A DNA stretch of 64,000 bases from Candidatus Delongbacteria bacterium. GTDB taxonomy: Bacteria; CAIWAD01. The position numbers and the translations under genes were made by a program. The stretch covers positions 3,040,001-3,104,000 of the forward strand of contig OY760505.1 in assembly GCA_963663545.1 (NCBI GenBank). Reading direction: 5' to 3'. The notes under the pieces were generated by a model, which made no database searches, was not told the origin of the DNA, and worked only from the letters and a program-made list of their open reading frames with translations. Shown piece after piece: positions 51,645 through 62,841 of the stretch. The stretch's first letter is position 1. Every line of letters begins with the position of its first letter.

Positions 51645-54600
51645 GTGATCAGGGTGCCAGAGTCCGCAAAGAAGAAGCTCAAGCTGATCAAGTTGGCCAA
51701 GGATCTGCAGCTCACGGTAAAGCACGTGCGCGAGTCCTTAGAGAAGATGGGCTTTGAACCGCCCAAGTCGCCCAACGCGGCCATCAGCGAAGAGATGTAC
51801 GAAGCTGCACTGCGTGCCCATGCTCCCCACCTCTATGAGGAGTGGCGCGACAATGTGGACGATGACGAGCAGCCCGAGACCGAGGCTGCCGATGCGCGTC
51901 GCAAGCAGGTGGATGCCATTCTGCAGAGCGAAGAGCAAGAAGACGGCGAGGATTACCTGCCCAGTTCAGTTGAGCGCCTGCGCAAATTGCGCGTGATACA
52001 GGACGCTCCCGAAGTGGACGAGGCCGAAACCGCAGCACATGCAGCACCTGCTGAAGAGGAGCTGGAATCTGCTGTTGAAGCCGAAGTGGAGTTGGAGCCC
52101 GAGGTGGAAGCGCTTCCCGAACCTGAGCCGGAGATTGCCGTGGAGCAGGAACCGGAGCCCGAGCCCGAGCCGGAGCCCGTAGTGGAACCAGCACCCGAGC
52201 CGGTGGCTGTGGAGCCCGAAGTAGAACCGGAACCCGAGCCTGAGCCCGAGCCCGAGATTACATCGGAACCCGAAATGGCTGTGGAACCTGAGCCTGAGCC
52301 CAAGGCCACGGAGAATTCCAAGGTCAAAGAGGCGGCGAAGGAACAGCCCAAGCCTGAAGCGCCTGTGTCCAAGCCGATTGTCGAAGAACCGAAGTCCATC
52401 GACGATACGCTTTCCACAACCTCCACAGGTCGAGCAGTTGTGACACACGAGGACAAAGACAGCGAGAAGATCGACCTGCCCGTCTTCCGTCCCGGTCGCG
52501 TGTTGGGTATGCAGAAGGATCCGGAACCGGAACCTGTGCGCAAGCGTCGCGGCAAGAAGGAAAAGGACACCAAGGAGAAGGACGGTCGTGCTACAACCGC
52601 CGATTCTTCCAAGGATCCTCGTAGCGCGCCCAAGACGCAGGAGCGCGATCCCGCTGCGTCTTCGCAGAAGGACGATGACGCTCGCAGCCGCAAGCGCAGT
52701 TCGAAGCGCACGAAGAGCGAAGAAGAGCGCCTGGCCCGTATCGAGCAGAATCGCGATCGTCAGGCTCCCCAGGGAGCCGCTGCTAGCAAGCGTCGCAAGA
52801 AAAAGGGCAAGGTCAAGATCTCCGAGGAGGAGATTAAAGCCGCCGTGCGTGAGACAACGCGCGCCATGGAAGGACATAAGAAGCGCAAGCACCGCAAGCT
52901 CAAGGGCGTGGGTGAGGCGATCGAGGATACCAACATCCTGCGTCTCACCGAGTACCTGACCACCAACGAGCTGGCCGAGCTGTTGGATGTGCCGGTTTCC
53001 GAGCTGATCAAGAAGTGCTTCCTGATGGGCACCATGATCACCATCAACCAGCGTCTTGAGCGCGAGATGATTGAGCTGCTGTGCGACGACTACGGCTACG
53101 AAGTCGAGTTCCTGAGCGAGTTCGATGAGGAAGAAGAAGTCGAGGAGGTCGTCGACGACGCCTTGCTTGAGCCGCGTCATCCAGTGGTTACAGTCATGGG
53201 TCACGTGGATCACGGTAAAACATCGGTGCTGGATTTCATCCGCCGCACCAATGTGGTTTCCGGTGAGGCTGGTGGTATCACGCAGCACATCGGTGCCTAC
53301 GAAGTTGAGCACAACAACCAGCGTATCACATTCCTTGATACGCCGGGTCACCATTCCTTTACGGCCATGCGTGCTCGCGGTGCCCAGGCAACCGACGTGG
53401 TTGTGCTGGTGGTTGCCGCCGATGACCGCGTGCAGGAGCAGACCAAGGAAGCCATCGATCACGCTTTGGCGGCCAAGGTGCCCATTATCGTGGCGGTGAA
53501 CAAGATCGACAAGCCCAACGCCGATGTGCAGCGCATTCGCAAGGAGCTGGCCCAGTACAACATCCTCGTCGAGGATTGGGGCGGCAAATACCAGTGCGTT
53601 GATGTGAGTGCGAAGAAGGGCACCAACATGGATCAGCTCCTCGAAGAGATTCTGATCTGCGCCGAGATGCTGGAGCTCAAGGCCCAGCGCGAAGGCGAGG
53701 CCCGTGGTGTGGTTATTGAAGCCCAGCTCGACAAGGGACGTGGTGCGGTCACCACAGTACTGGTGCAGCGCGGTACGCTGAAGAAGGGCGATGCCGTTAC
53801 GGCGGGTACGGCCACCGGACGCGTGCGCATGATGATCGATGAGCGAGGTCGCGAGCGCGTGGATGCGCCGCCTTCGACGCCGGTGCAGCTCCTGGGTCTG
53901 GATTCAGTGCCACAGGCCGGTGATACACTGATCGTGTATCCCAACGAGCGTGATGCGCGTAACACAGCCCTGCGCCGCCGTCAGATTCAGCGCGAGCAGA
54001 ACCAGCAGAGCATCAGCCGCTTCACGACACTGGCCGACCTTTCCAGCCGTATCGCACAGGGCGAGATCCAGGAACTGCCGGTGCTGATCAAGGGTGACGT
54101 GGACGGCTCCATCGGCGCCATCGCCGACGAGCTGATGAAGATGCAGACCAAGGAAGTGCGCGTGAATGTGATCCACCGCAGTGTGGGTAACATTACAGAG
54201 AACGATGTGCTGCTGGCCAAGGCTGCGGGTGCCATCATCATCGGTTTCCACGTGCATCCCACACCCAACGCCCGCGAGCTGGCTCAGCGTGAGCGCGTCG
54301 ACGTGCGCCTCTATCGCATCATCTACGAGGTGGTGGAGGAGATCCATGCGGCCCTCGAGGGTCTGCTCAGGCCGGACTTCGAAGAGGAAGTGCTGGGTAC
54401 GGCAGAAGTGCGCCAGGTTTTCCGCATCAACCGCAAGGCGGTGGCAGGCTGCATGGTGGTCAACGGCAAGATCGAGCGTCACGCCAAGGCTCGTCTGGTG
54501 CGCGAGAACGAAGTGCTGTGGGAAGGTCACATGTCCAGTCTCAAGCGCTTCAAGGACGACGCCAAGGAAGTGGCTCAGGGCTTCGAATGCGGTATTCAGC

Positions 54601-54695
54601 TGGATGGCTTCAACGATCTGCGTGAGGGCGACCTGGTTCACGCCTTCGTGATGAAGGAGATCCTGCGCCGTCTTGACCTGAACGAGGAAAAGTGA
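51645..54695 (+). CDS. infB: Translation initiation factor IF-2
   Basis: [37 protein letters not shown]. Confidence 0.99.
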   Translation: MIRVPESAKKKLKLIKLAKDLQLTVKHVRESLEKMGFEPPKSPNAAISEEMYEAALRAHAPHLYEEWRDNVDDDEQPETEAADARRKQVDAILQSEEQEDGEDYLPSSVERLRKLRVIQDAPEVDEAETAAHAAPAEEELESAVEAEVELEPEVEALPEPEPEIAVEQEPEPEPEPEPVVEPAPEPVAVEPEVEPEPEPEPEPEITSEPEMAVEPEPEPKATENSKVKEAAKEQPKPEAPVSKPIVEEPKSIDDTLSTTSTGRAVVTHEDKDSEKIDLPVFRPGRVLGMQKDPEPEPVRKRRGKKEKDTKEKDGRATTADSSKDPRSAPKTQERDPAASSQKDDDARSRKRSSKRTKSEEERLARIEQNRDRQAPQGAAASKRRKKKGKVKISEEEIKAAVRETTRAMEGHKKRKHRKLKGVGEAIEDTNILRLTEYLTTNELAELLDVPVSELIKKCFLMGTMITINQRLEREMIELLCDDYGYEVEFLSEFDEEEEVEEVVDDALLEPRHPVVTVMGHVDHGKTSVLDFIRRTNVVSGEAGGITQHIGAYEVEHNNQRITFLDTPGHHSFTAMRARGAQATDVVVLVVAADDRVQEQTKEAIDHALAAKVPIIVAVNKIDKPNADVQRIRKELAQYNILVEDWGGKYQCVDVSAKKGTNMDQLLEEILICAEMLELKAQREGEARGVVIEAQLDKGRGAVTTVLVQRGTLKKGDAVTAGTATGRVRMMIDERGRERVDAPPSTPVQLLGLDSVPQAGDTLIVYPNERDARNTALRRRQIQREQNQQSISRFTTLADLSSRIAQGEIQELPVLIKGDVDGSIGAIADELMKMQTKEVRVNVIHRSVGNITENDVLLAKAAGAIIIGFHVHPTPNARELAQRERVDVRLYRIIYEVVEEIHAALEGLLRPDFEEEVLGTAEVRQVFRINRKAVAGCMVVNGKIERHAKARLVRENEVLWEGHMSSLKRFKDDAKEVAQGFECGIQLDGFNDLREGDLVHAFVMKEILRRLDLNEEK
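52080..52301 (+). repeat. Glu-Pro low-complexity repeat tract in IF-2
   Basis: Repeated GAGCCC/GAACCG/GAGCCT encoding EPEPEP blocks. Confidence 0.85.
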
Positions 54696-54698
54696 TCC

Positions 54699-55100
54699 AT
54701 GGCCAGTGAGAAGCGACAGCAGCGCGTTGCGGAGCAGATTCGCAAAGAACTCAGCCAGATCCTGTTGCGGCTGAACTCCGAGCTGTTCGCGCGTGTTACA
54801 CTGCCTGAAGTGCGGCTTTCAAATGACCTGACTCACGCCCGAGTGTTTGTCAGTGTCATGGCGGGAGGCCCCGGCGGTGCAAGTCGTGCCATGCGGGAGT
54901 TGGAGAAGATCAAGCGTGAGCTGCGCATGGAACTGGCTTCCCGGTTGCGCATTCGCTCGGTGCCGGAACTCTCTTTCATTCACGACGACTCGCTGGATCG
55001 TGTTGAGCGTGTGGAAAACCTGCTTGATCAGATCCGCCACGAGCGCGGTGATGAGGAAGACGGTGATACAACGCAGACGAAGGACCCGACGCTGCAATGA
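54699..55100 (+). CDS. rbfA: Ribosome-binding factor A
   Basis: RVAEQI, DLTHARVF, PELSFIHDDS. Confidence 0.96.
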   Translation: MASEKRQQRVAEQIRKELSQILLRLNSELFARVTLPEVRLSNDLTHARVFVSVMAGGPGGASRAMRELEKIKRELRMELASRLRIRSVPELSFIHDDSLDRVERVENLLDQIRHERGDEEDGDTTQTKDPTLQ

Positions 55101-55846
55101 AGGACTGCAACCAGGTGCTGCCTATCCTGGATTGTGATACAATGAATACTGCCCCGGATCTGCAGCTGCAGGACGGGGCAGTGCTTCTGATGGACAAACC
55201 TGAAGGCTTGACTTCGTTTGGCGTTGTGGCCCGTGTACGGCGTCTTGCGAAGGTCCGCAAGGTCGGACACACAGGCACGCTGGATCCCTTTGCTACCGGT
55301 CTGCTGATTGTGTTGGTGGGCAAGAAGGCTACACGTATGCAAGATACCCTGATGGGCCACGACAAAGTCTATCAGGCACGTCTGCGACTTGGTGTCACCA
55401 GTGATACACTCGATCGCACCGGCGAGGTGATACAGACCTGGCAGGGCGATTGTCCTTTTGACGAGGACGCACTCGAGACTTGTCTTTCGCAGTTTCGAGG
55501 CGAGATCGAACAAGTGCCCCCTATGTTCTCAGCTCTGAAGCAGGGCGGCGTACGACTCTACAAGAAAGCGCGCCGTGGCGAGGAAGTGGAGCGACCTGCG
55601 CGCAGTGTTGTGATACATCGGCTGGAGGCAACCCATTTTAGTTGGCCCTTCCTGGACCTGGAGGTGGCCTGCAGCAAAGGGACCTACATCCGCAGCCTTG
55701 CCGATGATATCGGTCGAACGCTGGGGACAGGTGCCCTGGTTGAGGAACTCCGCCGCACGCGCATTGGCGAACACGATGTAACACGCGCCCTCAGCCTGGA
55801 GCAGTTGAGCGAAGTCCTCGAGCAGAAAGAGATAGACCATGGCTGA
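55097..55846 (+). CDS. truB: tRNA pseudouridine(55) synthase
   Basis: KVGHTGTLDPFATG, PPMFSALK, CSKGTYIRS. Confidence 0.97.
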   Translation: MKDCNQVLPILDCDTMNTAPDLQLQDGAVLLMDKPEGLTSFGVVARVRRLAKVRKVGHTGTLDPFATGLLIVLVGKKATRMQDTLMGHDKVYQARLRLGVTSDTLDRTGEVIQTWQGDCPFDEDALETCLSQFRGEIEQVPPMFSALKQGGVRLYKKARRGEEVERPARSVVIHRLEATHFSWPFLDLEVACSKGTYIRSLADDIGRTLGTGALVEELRRTRIGEHDVTRALSLEQLSEVLEQKEIDHG

Positions 55847-56795
55847 TCAGATCGACAGCCTGCCGATGCCGGGACCCTTTCCCGGCTGCGTCCTTACCGT
55901 CGGCACCTTCGATGGCGTGCACATCGGCCATCGCCACTTGTTGCAGCGGGTTCGCGCATACGCGCGCGAGCTGAGACTTCCTTCGGTCGTGGTCACCTTC
56001 TGGCCACATCCGCGCAGCGTGATACAATCCACGGGTGTTGATCTGCTTTGCGATCGAACTGAGCGATTGGAGCTGCTGCGAAGCTTCTGCCTGGATCACG
56101 TCGTTGAGCTGGATTTCGACAGCGCGCTTTCCAGAATGCCCGCCGCCGATTTCGTGCAGGAGATCCTGCTGGAGCGTCTGGGGATGCGCCACTTGCTCAT
56201 GGGCTACGATCACGCTTTCGGCCGTGGCCGCGATGGAACCCCCGTGCACATGCGTGCGCTCGCGGAGCGCTTCGGCTTCGAGGTGGAGTTTCTGGAAGCG
56301 CTGCAGGTGCAGGGCGAGCCGGTCAGTTCCACGCGCATTCGGCGCGAGCTGGCTGCGGCGAATCTGGAACAGGCGACTCGCCTGCTGGGACGCGCTTACA
56401 GCTTTCACGGTGAAGTCGTTCACGGCGACGCACGCGGGCGGAGCATCGGCTTTCCCACGGCGAACCTGCAGCTGGAGGCGCACAAGGTGCTGCCGCGCGA
56501 AGGCGTCTACGCGGTTTGCGTGCATGTGCAGGACCGCGTCTACGGCGGCATGATGAATCTGGGCGCACGGCCCACCTTCGATGATCCGCGACCGCTGCCC
56601 GAGATCCATCTTCTCGACTTCCAGGGCGATCTGTACGGACAGGATCTGGTTATTGAACTTGTGGAGTACATTCGCGATACTATTCGGTTCGAATCGATAA
56701 CTCATCTGCGAGACCAATTGCGGATGGATGAACAACAGGTTCGCGCCCTGCTTGCATCCCGGTGCCGGTTGCAGGCTGAGCCCGAACAGAAATGA
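55839..56795 (+). CDS. ribF: Bifunctional riboflavin kinase/FAD synthetase
   Basis: [26 protein letters not shown]. Confidence 0.97.
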   Translation: MADQIDSLPMPGPFPGCVLTVGTFDGVHIGHRHLLQRVRAYARELRLPSVVVTFWPHPRSVIQSTGVDLLCDRTERLELLRSFCLDHVVELDFDSALSRMPAADFVQEILLERLGMRHLLMGYDHAFGRGRDGTPVHMRALAERFGFEVEFLEALQVQGEPVSSTRIRRELAAANLEQATRLLGRAYSFHGEVVHGDARGRSIGFPTANLQLEAHKVLPREGVYAVCVHVQDRVYGGMMNLGARPTFDDPRPLPEIHLLDFQGDLYGQDLVIELVEYIRDTIRFESITHLRDQLRMDEQQVRALLASRCRLQAEPEQK

Positions 56796-56805
56796 GGAGA
56801 TCGTC

Positions 56806-57075
56806 ATGACGATCGCGAAAGATCGCACCAAAGAGCTGGTCGGACAGTTCGGCCAGGACGAGAAGGACTCGGGCAACGTTCGCGTGCAGATTGCCATTCT
56901 GACCGAGCGTATTCGCAACCTCACCGAGCACAGCAAGCAGCATCCGAAGGATCACCACACCCGTCGTGGTCTGCTGCGCCTGGTCGGAAAGCGCCGTCGT
57001 CTGCAGGCCTACCTGCAGAAGGTGGATCTTGAGGGTTACCGCGTCCTGATTCAGGAACTGGGACTGCGCCGTTAG
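56806..57075 (+). CDS. rpsO: 30S ribosomal protein S15
   Basis: DSG..VQIAILT, KDHH.RRGLL, LGLRR; SD GAGGAG. Confidence 0.98.
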   Translation: MTIAKDRTKELVGQFGQDEKDSGNVRVQIAILTERIRNLTEHSKQHPKDHHTRRGLLRLVGKRRRLQAYLQKVDLEGYRVLIQELGLRR

Positions 57076-57310
57076 TGGGCTTCTTACGAGCTAATTGCCC
57101 ACTCGTGCTCAGGACAACCTGGAATTTGTAGGTTGTGTACCGGCCGTCTCCCTGCTGGAAGGCGGCCGGTCTGTTATTTGACGCATCGACCTGAACCAGG
57201 CACAGCGGCGGGTGGATAACAAGTCCTTCCACCGGTGTGCCTCCTTTGGGATCGATGCCGGTTCGTGTATCACGAAAGTCTCGTGATACAAAATCCAACT
57301 TGGAGTATTT

Positions 57311-59560
57311 ATGATGTTGGAAAAAAGCATCGATCTCGCTGGCCGCAAGCTAACCTTCCAAACGGGGAAGGTGGCCAAGCAGGCCATGGGATCTGTCTGG
57401 GTACGTTTCGAGGACACCATCGTCCTGGTGACGACCTGTGCCGAAGAGAAGGCCCGTGCCGGCCAGGATTTCTTTCCGCTGACCGTCGAGTACCGCGAGA
57501 AACAGTACGCGGCAGGCCGCTTCCCTGGCGGCTTCTTCAAGCGCGAAGCACGTCCCGGTGAGAACGAGATTCTGAGTGCGCGTCTGATCGACCGCCCGCT
57601 GCGTCCGCTCTTCGCCGACGGTTACATGAACGAGACCCAGGTCATCTGCTACGTCTTCAGCTATGACAAAAGCTGCGACCCCGGTCCGCTCGCCTGCTGC
57701 GCCGCCAGCCTGGCCCTGTGCGCCAGCCCCATTCCCTTCAAGCGCCCCGTTGCCTCTGTGCAGGTGGCCCGCGTCAACGGTCAGCCGGTGGTCAACCCCT
57801 CCCTCGAGCAGCTTGAAGCCGCCGATGTGGAGATGGTGGTCGCCGCCACTCGCGAATCTATCGCCATGGTGGAAGGCGAGAGCGCCGAGATCAGCGAAAA
57901 CGAAATGCTGGAGCTGATCCGCTTCGCGCACGAGCACATTCGCGCCATCATTGATCTGCAGGAAGCCATGCTGGCCGAGATGGGTGAGGTGCAGAAGTGG
58001 GAAGTGGCGCTGCCCGAGATCGACACTGAACTGAAGGCCAGCCTGGACGAGCAGGCGGTTGCCGGCGTGCGCGAGATCTGCCGTATTGCCGACAAGACCG
58101 CGCGCAAGGCGGCCATTCGCGAGCTGGAAGAGCGCATTCTGGCACCCTTTGCCGAAGCCGGTGATGGGGATCGCCTGGCCGAGGCCGATTCGCTTCTGGG
58201 CGAAGTCGTGCACGACCGCATGAAGGAATTCATGCGCGGCACCATTCTGGAAGAAGGCGTGCGTCTGGACGGTCGCGGCACCACGGACATTCGTCCCATC
58301 GCTTGCGAAGTGGACATCCTGCCCCGCACCCACGGTTCGGCCCTCTTCACGCGCGGCCAGACTCAGGCTCTGGGCACCATAACCCTGGGTACCAGCCTGG
58401 ACGCTCAGCGCATGGACGGTATCTTCGGCGAGCATAGCCGCACCTTCATGCTGCACTACAACTTCCCGCCTTTCTCGGTGGGCGAAGTGCGTCGCATTAC
58501 CAGCACCAGCCGTCGCGAGATCGGTCACGGTAACCTGGCCGAGCGCGCGCTGAAGAACATCGTCAAGCGTGACGAGTTCCCCTACACCGTGCGTCTGGTG
58601 AGCGAAGTGCTGGAATCAAACGGTTCCAGTTCGATGGCCAGCGTCTGCACCGGTTCGATGGCGCTGATGGCGGCTGGCGTGCCCATGCACCGCCCGGTGG
58701 CTGGAATCGCCATGGGTCTGGTGAAGGAAGACGAGCGCGTGGCCGTGCTGTCCGACATCCTGGGCGACGAGGATCACCTGGGCGACATGGACTTCAAGGT
58801 CTGCGGCACCAGCGAGGGTATCACCGCTTTCCAGATGGACATCAAGATCGACGGCATCACCTACGAGATCATGGAAACCGCGTTGCAGCAGGCTAAGGCA
58901 GGACGCGCGCACATTCTGGGTTGCATGGCGGAAGCCATCACCGAGACGCGCGATGAGCTTTCGCCCTTCGCGCCGCGCCTTGAGAGCGTGCAGGTGCCTG
59001 TGGACAAAATCGGCATGATCATTGGCCCCGGCGGTAAGATGGTGCGCGAGATCCAGGAAGCCACCGGCTCCAAGATCGACATCGCCGACGACGGAACCGT
59101 CACCATCGCCTGCGACGACGGCCCCTCGCTGGCCCGTGCGGTCCAGTGGATTCGCGATATCGTTGCCGAGCCCGAAGTGGGCGCCACGTATCACGGCAAG
59201 GTGGTCAGCCTGGTCGAGTTCGGTGCCTTTGTGGAGATCATGCCCGGTCGTGAAGGTCTGCTGCACATCAGCGAGATCGACTGGGGCCGTACCGAGCGCG
59301 TCGAGGACGTACTGAAGGTGGGCGACAAGGTGGACGTGCTGCTTAAGAGCACCGAGAACAACAAGCTTAGCCTCAGCCGTCGCGCGCTGCTGCCCAAGCC
59401 GGAAGGCTGGGAGGAGCGTCCGCGTCGTGAAGATCGCGGTCCTCGCCCGGGCGGTGATCGTGGTCCGCGTCCCGGTGGCGATCGTGGACGTCCGCGCGGC
59501 AATGATCGTGGCGACCGTGGCGGAAGCCGCGGTGATCGTCGTCCGCCGCGACGGGACTAG
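57311..59560 (+). CDS. pnp: Polyribonucleotide nucleotidyltransferase
   Basis: FFPLTVEY, RREIGHG, SNGSSSMAS, GDMDFKV; KH and S1 domains. Confidence 0.99.
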   Translation: MMLEKSIDLAGRKLTFQTGKVAKQAMGSVWVRFEDTIVLVTTCAEEKARAGQDFFPLTVEYREKQYAAGRFPGGFFKREARPGENEILSARLIDRPLRPLFADGYMNETQVICYVFSYDKSCDPGPLACCAASLALCASPIPFKRPVASVQVARVNGQPVVNPSLEQLEAADVEMVVAATRESIAMVEGESAEISENEMLELIRFAHEHIRAIIDLQEAMLAEMGEVQKWEVALPEIDTELKASLDEQAVAGVREICRIADKTARKAAIRELEERILAPFAEAGDGDRLAEADSLLGEVVHDRMKEFMRGTILEEGVRLDGRGTTDIRPIACEVDILPRTHGSALFTRGQTQALGTITLGTSLDAQRMDGIFGEHSRTFMLHYNFPPFSVGEVRRITSTSRREIGHGNLAERALKNIVKRDEFPYTVRLVSEVLESNGSSSMASVCTGSMALMAAGVPMHRPVAGIAMGLVKEDERVAVLSDILGDEDHLGDMDFKVCGTSEGITAFQMDIKIDGITYEIMETALQQAKAGRAHILGCMAEAITETRDELSPFAPRLESVQVPVDKIGMIIGPGGKMVREIQEATGSKIDIADDGTVTIACDDGPSLARAVQWIRDIVAEPEVGATYHGKVVSLVEFGAFVEIMPGREGLLHISEIDWGRTERVEDVLKVGDKVDVLLKSTENNKLSLSRRALLPKPEGWEERPRREDRGPRPGGDRGPRPGGDRGRPRGNDRGDRGGSRGDRRPPRRD

Positions 59561-59584
59561 TCCTTTTCTGATTTTGCCTTTGAT

Positions 59585-59610
59585 GGGGCGGCGCGAGTCG
59601 CCCCTTTTTT
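59585..59610 (+). terminator. Terminator after pnp
   Basis: GGGGCGGC-GCGA-GTCGCCCC-TTTTTT. Confidence 0.88.
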
Positions 59611-59760
59611 GAGCCCGAGGGGTCTGACACGTGTCAGAGCAGTGTCTGACCCCCACCTGGCACCTCGAGATCCATTCCGTCCACACACGCTGACACTGCG
59701 CCACATTTTGCTCCTTCGCCGTGCTCAGAGTCCTTATCTTCCGGTATCACAAGCGAAGGG

Positions 59761-62325
59761 ATGGACAGCGTGACACACGGGGAATTCACACAGAGTATCG
59801 TCGGACGACAAAGGGCTTGGCTGGCAACCTGGCTTTTGCTGCTATTGCTGCGCGTGGCGCAGGCGGCAGTCTATCAAGTCCCTTCCGAGATTGCAGACCT
59901 GCAACAGGCTCTCGATGCCTGCCAGTCGGGAGACACGGTGCTTGTTGCTCGCGGAGAGTACCATGGCCTGTTTGCTCTACCTGAATGCGATGTACACCTC
60001 TACTCGCACCATGTGCTGACGGGTGACACGCTGGATGTGGAAGAGACCATTCTGGATGGCGATTCACTCGGTTCGATTCTAAGCTCGGCCGAGGATCCAT
60101 TCTGCATTGACGTGCAGGGATTTACGTTCAGGCATGGATTGGGACGTGAGATTAATGATGTCTCGTACAGCGGGGGCATTGATGCACAGGCTTCAACTAA
60201 ACTTCGAGTGGATCACTGCGTCTTTCGCGAGTGCCACGCTTCGTGGAACCGAGGTGCTGCAATTCAGCAGAATACCCACCAGTATCCCCGCACTCAACTC
60301 AGCTTGGTAAGCAACTGCACAATTGTCGACTGCTATACTCAGACTCTGGTCACATGGACATGGCCTGGAGCTGTGATCCTAAGAGCTGATTCTGTTGTTG
60401 TGCACGACTTTGAGGCATACTCTACCACTACGACTGGTTTCACTGCCTTGTATGCATATGGGACCTCCTATTTGGAATGTGATGATGTACTGGTTCACGA
60501 TATGCGGACGATTGGAGATGAGTTTTTGCAGCTCAAGTCGGATGGCAATGCTCTACTTCGAGACGTGTTTGTACAGAACTGCAGGCTTGATCTGCCATAC
60601 AATGACGGATGGGGTATTTGTGGCGGGTTCGTACATGCCTATGTTGACTTCCGATTGATTGCCAAGAACATTGAGGTGTCAAACTGTATATGTACGACGG
60701 TGAATGGTGTACCTTGTGCCAATGGCGCTGTGAATGCCCTGCTCGGCGGCCACCTGGAAGCGGATTCTGTTATCATTCGAGGGTGCCATCTGGATACTGG
60801 TGAACTCCTCAGCATTGGCACGGTCGGCACCTTGCCCTTGCTTGCATCAGATTGTGTTCGAAATCTGAAGATTGAGGACTGTACTTGGGGACAAGAGGTC
60901 TACCAGGGCGAAACAGGCTCCCCTGCAACAATGCGCGAACTTGTGTACGCTGTTGGTGTCAATATGTACGATTGCTTGTTTAGGGGCATTACAAGCATGA
61001 CATTTGATTTGCCACCCACCGGACCAATGGATCGCGGCAATGTGATTGGTGGTATTCTTTTCCACTATGGTAGCTCACTGCCAGATACAATTCGCCTTAT
61101 ACGTACTCAGTTTGTTGACAATCTTGTGATTGATAGAGATGCGAACAACACAGGCGCATACGCCTGGCAACCCAATAGTGGTCGTAGCATCATTACAGGC
61201 GCGTACTTCCCACGGCACGTCTACCTGATCGATAGCTGCCAGTTCATTGAACAGAGGCAACCTAACTGGATTCCCGAGTGGGACGATGGTGCTATGACCA
61301 ATGAGGTGGGCAGCATGATCTACCACAACGGATCTGGACTTGTGATACGGAACAGTCTATTCCAGGGGATTGATGATGGTTGTGTTTATGCCCTCGGCGA
61401 TGGGGATTTTATCATTGAGAACAGTCGATTCTTGGATGTGGATCGATCTGTGATAGTGGCCTGCCCAGATACAACAGAAGGTGGGGCTGGAGGTAATGTG
61501 TTTCTCAGGAATCTTCTCCTTCAGAATAGTCAACAACGTGATTGTTTTCTCCAAAACCGAAACTACAGCTTGCAGCGGGTATTACATATCGGTCCTGCTC
61601 GGCGTGTTGTTGTGGAGAATTGTACTTGGCTAGACTGTAATCAGATTGGGATGATTGGTGGTGAGCCCATCTCACATGATATTTTTGAGGGCGTATACTT
61701 CAGGAACTGCTTGATCCAGGGCAACTCTTATGAGTTTTGGCAAGCAGGTGGTTTTGAATATGCGGATTCCCTCTTCTACTGTGTAAGTCAAGAAGAAAGA
61801 AACGGAGCCTTCAACTTGTTTGGGATTGAAACTGTGTTTGACCCCCAGCGCGGCATCCCCTTCCTAGCTGAGGGCTCCCCCTGCATCGATGCCGGCAACC
61901 CGGACGCGGCCTACAACGACATTGAAGACCCCGACGCCCCCGGCTTTGCCCTCTGGCCTTCCCAGGGCGGTTTGCGCAACGACATCGGCTGCACCGGCGG
62001 CCCCTACGCTGCTGTCCGCGAGTTCGTAAGCGTCTCCCCGAGGAGGGCTTCGACACTCCCCACTTCTCCCACACTGGGCGACGCCTACCCGAATCCCTTC
62101 AATCCCACGACGACGATTCCCTTCGTGATACAACAGCCTACCCATCTGCGCCTTTCCGTCTACAACCTTCGTGGTCAGCTTGTCGCCACCCTTGCCGACG
62201 GCGAGTTCCTTCCCGGCGAGCATCGTGTCACATTTGATGGCGCCAAATTAGCCAGCGGCGTGTACTTCATCAGCCTTCACGGAGAAGGCGTGATGGAGAC
62301 GAGGAAAGTGCTGCTGCTTAAGTGA
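59761..62325 (+). CDS. Large secreted beta-helix-like protein with T9SS/FlgD-type C-terminal sorting domain
   Basis: Signal-like N terminus; LQQALD..GDTVLV..GEY, TILDG, SPCIDAG, AYPNPFNP, YNLRGQ, LASGVYF, RKVLLLK. Confidence 0.85.
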   Translation: MDSVTHGEFTQSIVGRQRAWLATWLLLLLLRVAQAAVYQVPSEIADLQQALDACQSGDTVLVARGEYHGLFALPECDVHLYSHHVLTGDTLDVEETILDGDSLGSILSSAEDPFCIDVQGFTFRHGLGREINDVSYSGGIDAQASTKLRVDHCVFRECHASWNRGAAIQQNTHQYPRTQLSLVSNCTIVDCYTQTLVTWTWPGAVILRADSVVVHDFEAYSTTTTGFTALYAYGTSYLECDDVLVHDMRTIGDEFLQLKSDGNALLRDVFVQNCRLDLPYNDGWGICGGFVHAYVDFRLIAKNIEVSNCICTTVNGVPCANGAVNALLGGHLEADSVIIRGCHLDTGELLSIGTVGTLPLLASDCVRNLKIEDCTWGQEVYQGETGSPATMRELVYAVGVNMYDCLFRGITSMTFDLPPTGPMDRGNVIGGILFHYGSSLPDTIRLIRTQFVDNLVIDRDANNTGAYAWQPNSGRSIITGAYFPRHVYLIDSCQFIEQRQPNWIPEWDDGAMTNEVGSMIYHNGSGLVIRNSLFQGIDDGCVYALGDGDFIIENSRFLDVDRSVIVACPDTTEGGAGGNVFLRNLLLQNSQQRDCFLQNRNYSLQRVLHIGPARRVVVENCTWLDCNQIGMIGGEPISHDIFEGVYFRNCLIQGNSYEFWQAGGFEYADSLFYCVSQEERNGAFNLFGIETVFDPQRGIPFLAEGSPCIDAGNPDAAYNDIEDPDAPGFALWPSQGGLRNDIGCTGGPYAAVREFVSVSPRRASTLPTSPTLGDAYPNPFNPTTTIPFVIQQPTHLRLSVYNLRGQLVATLADGEFLPGEHRVTFDGAKLASGVYFISLHGEGVMETRKVLLLK

Positions 62326-62841
62326 TCTCCTGTTAGTTCTGAGATTCGTAATACACATGTACAAGCTGGAACATATGTGAACGCCGAAGGCGTGAACACA
62401 TTTGCGTAACACATGAAAAAGCCATGCCCGACCAGGCGTCCTCGACAAGGCGTACTTCGTGCTTCACGAAGTATGGTCGAGGGCCTCTGGGCGGGCGAGC
62501 GTTTTCTTTGCGCCGCTTTCTTTGACGCGACAAAGAAAGCGGCATCTTTTGGCTTAGCGCTAGCATAGGCTCCGCCGCAGGCGTGTCACGCGCTACGCAC
62601 GTGACCTCGACGAAGTCGTGCTATTGAACTCTGCTGTCAGCGTCGTTCTAAAAAGTAGCACGCCTTCGTCCATAGGCTACATAGGGTTGGCTATGCGGCA
62701 GCGCCTCGATACCGATACCGACTACTCGTCCCCCGTCTTGCGTCGTGCGCCAAGTAGTTAAGACGAAGTCTCGCATCACAGCAATGCTGAGGATAGGGCT
62801 AGGCCAAATGCGAGCCTTCGTCAGCGTACCTGATATCCAGA

